IMG/VR virus record: IMGVR_UViG_3300045837_000056
Location: 1-34,840 of that record
Reading direction: 5' to 3' (one strand)
DNA: 34,840 nucleotides
Source: a virus
Taxonomy: Duplodnaviria; Caudoviricetes
How positions within the stretch are numbered: the first letter of the stretch is position 1; each line of letters opens with the position of its first letter. This document shows, in pieces, positions 34,603 through 34,840 of the stretch. The translations under genes and the position numbers were made by a program. Below the pieces are notes generated by a model. The model was not told where the DNA came from. It saw only the letters and a list, made by a program, of their open reading frames with translations, and searched no databases.

Positions 34603-34627
34603 ACCGCTGCTATATACGGGGAGAACC
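34603..34627 (+). promoter_or_regulatory. Repeated promoter-like element, copy 2
   Basis: Identical 25-mer to 34211-34235; both copies are preceded by CGCGTG. Confidence 0.6.
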
Positions 34628-34636
34628 GATGAAAAA

Positions 34637-34779
34637 CGCTGGAGAGGCGCTGACCGTCAGCCTCTTAAACTCCCTGCGGCGGTCGGGAGACTCCAGCGCA
34701 GGCACGCGGGCACCTAACCAGTGTGGGACTGCTCACGGCGGTTTACCGTGGGCTCGGGGTTCGATTCCCCGGCGTGCCG
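34637..34779 (+). ncRNA. Structured RNA candidate: three-way junction plus non-canonical tRNA-like cloverleaf
   Basis: P1 CGCTGGAG/CTCCAGCG. Acceptor stem GGCACGC/GCGTGCC (34701-34707 with 34772-34778); T-arm CGGGG-TTCGATT-CCCCG; 8-bp arm with 7-nt loop CGGTTTA. Confidence 0.65.
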
Positions 34780-34781
34780 TT

Positions 34782-34823
34782 GGCTTTTCGCCCCTCTTGC
34801 CTGTTGCAAGAGGGGCCGGGGCG
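34782..34823 (+). repeat. 42-bp hairpin repeat, copy 2
   Basis: Identical to 34553-34594. Confidence 0.85.
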
Positions 34824-34840
34824 AGCGCGGCGAGCGCTCG

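Noticed and set aside
34701-34779. Canonical tRNA-Asn(GTT)
   Set aside because: Lacks U8, D-loop GG, U33, purine 37 and a variable loop, and arm spacing is non-standard. Reported as tRNA-like instead.
34553-34823. CRISPR array from the 42-bp palindromic repeats
   Set aside because: Only two copies, separated by 187 bp, and no cas genes. Sequence beyond the window edge cannot be assessed.
34629-34840. ORF MKNAGEALTVSLLNSLRR... open to the window end
   Set aside because: It has an SD-like GGGGAG, but it runs through a perfect T-arm/acceptor stem and a repeated hairpin, and the translation looks unnatural. The RNA interpretation is preferred, though coding is not excluded.
1-34840. Stop-codon reassignment (alternative genetic code)
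   Set aside because: TAA, TGA and TAG all end tightly packed genes, and core genes are uninterrupted in the standard code.

Overview
The window is a GC-rich tailed-phage (Caudoviricetes, podovirus-type) segment. A long minus-strand operon runs from about 32251 off the left edge. In order it contains: small genes (two tandem paralogs, an RHH/Zn-finger protein, a candidate TerS), large terminase, P22-like portal, and a ~6 kb insert of small, membrane and secreted proteins centred on a signal-peptide papain-family (C1A) protease with an Ig-like domain. Then come scaffold, major capsid, decoration-like proteins, head-tail adaptor, an enlarged tail nozzle, a tail fibre and three probable DNA-ejection proteins (the last is truncated by the window edge). 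After a G-rich non-coding switch region (about 32300-32670), small plus-strand genes sit between repeated intergenic motifs. The window ends with a structured RNA candidate: a three-way junction with complementary loops, a tRNA-like cloverleaf and a repeated hairpin. I saw no endolysin, integrase, polymerase, reverse transcriptase or CRISPR array. A Planctomycetota-like host is only a weak inference from the style of the secreted proteins. Product calls rest on motifs and gene order, not database searches, and RNA structures were paired by hand. Best leads: the terminal tRNA-like RNA unit, the operator-overlapped promoter ahead of the secreted-protease cassette, and a pseudoknotted leader covering the tail-fibre RBS.
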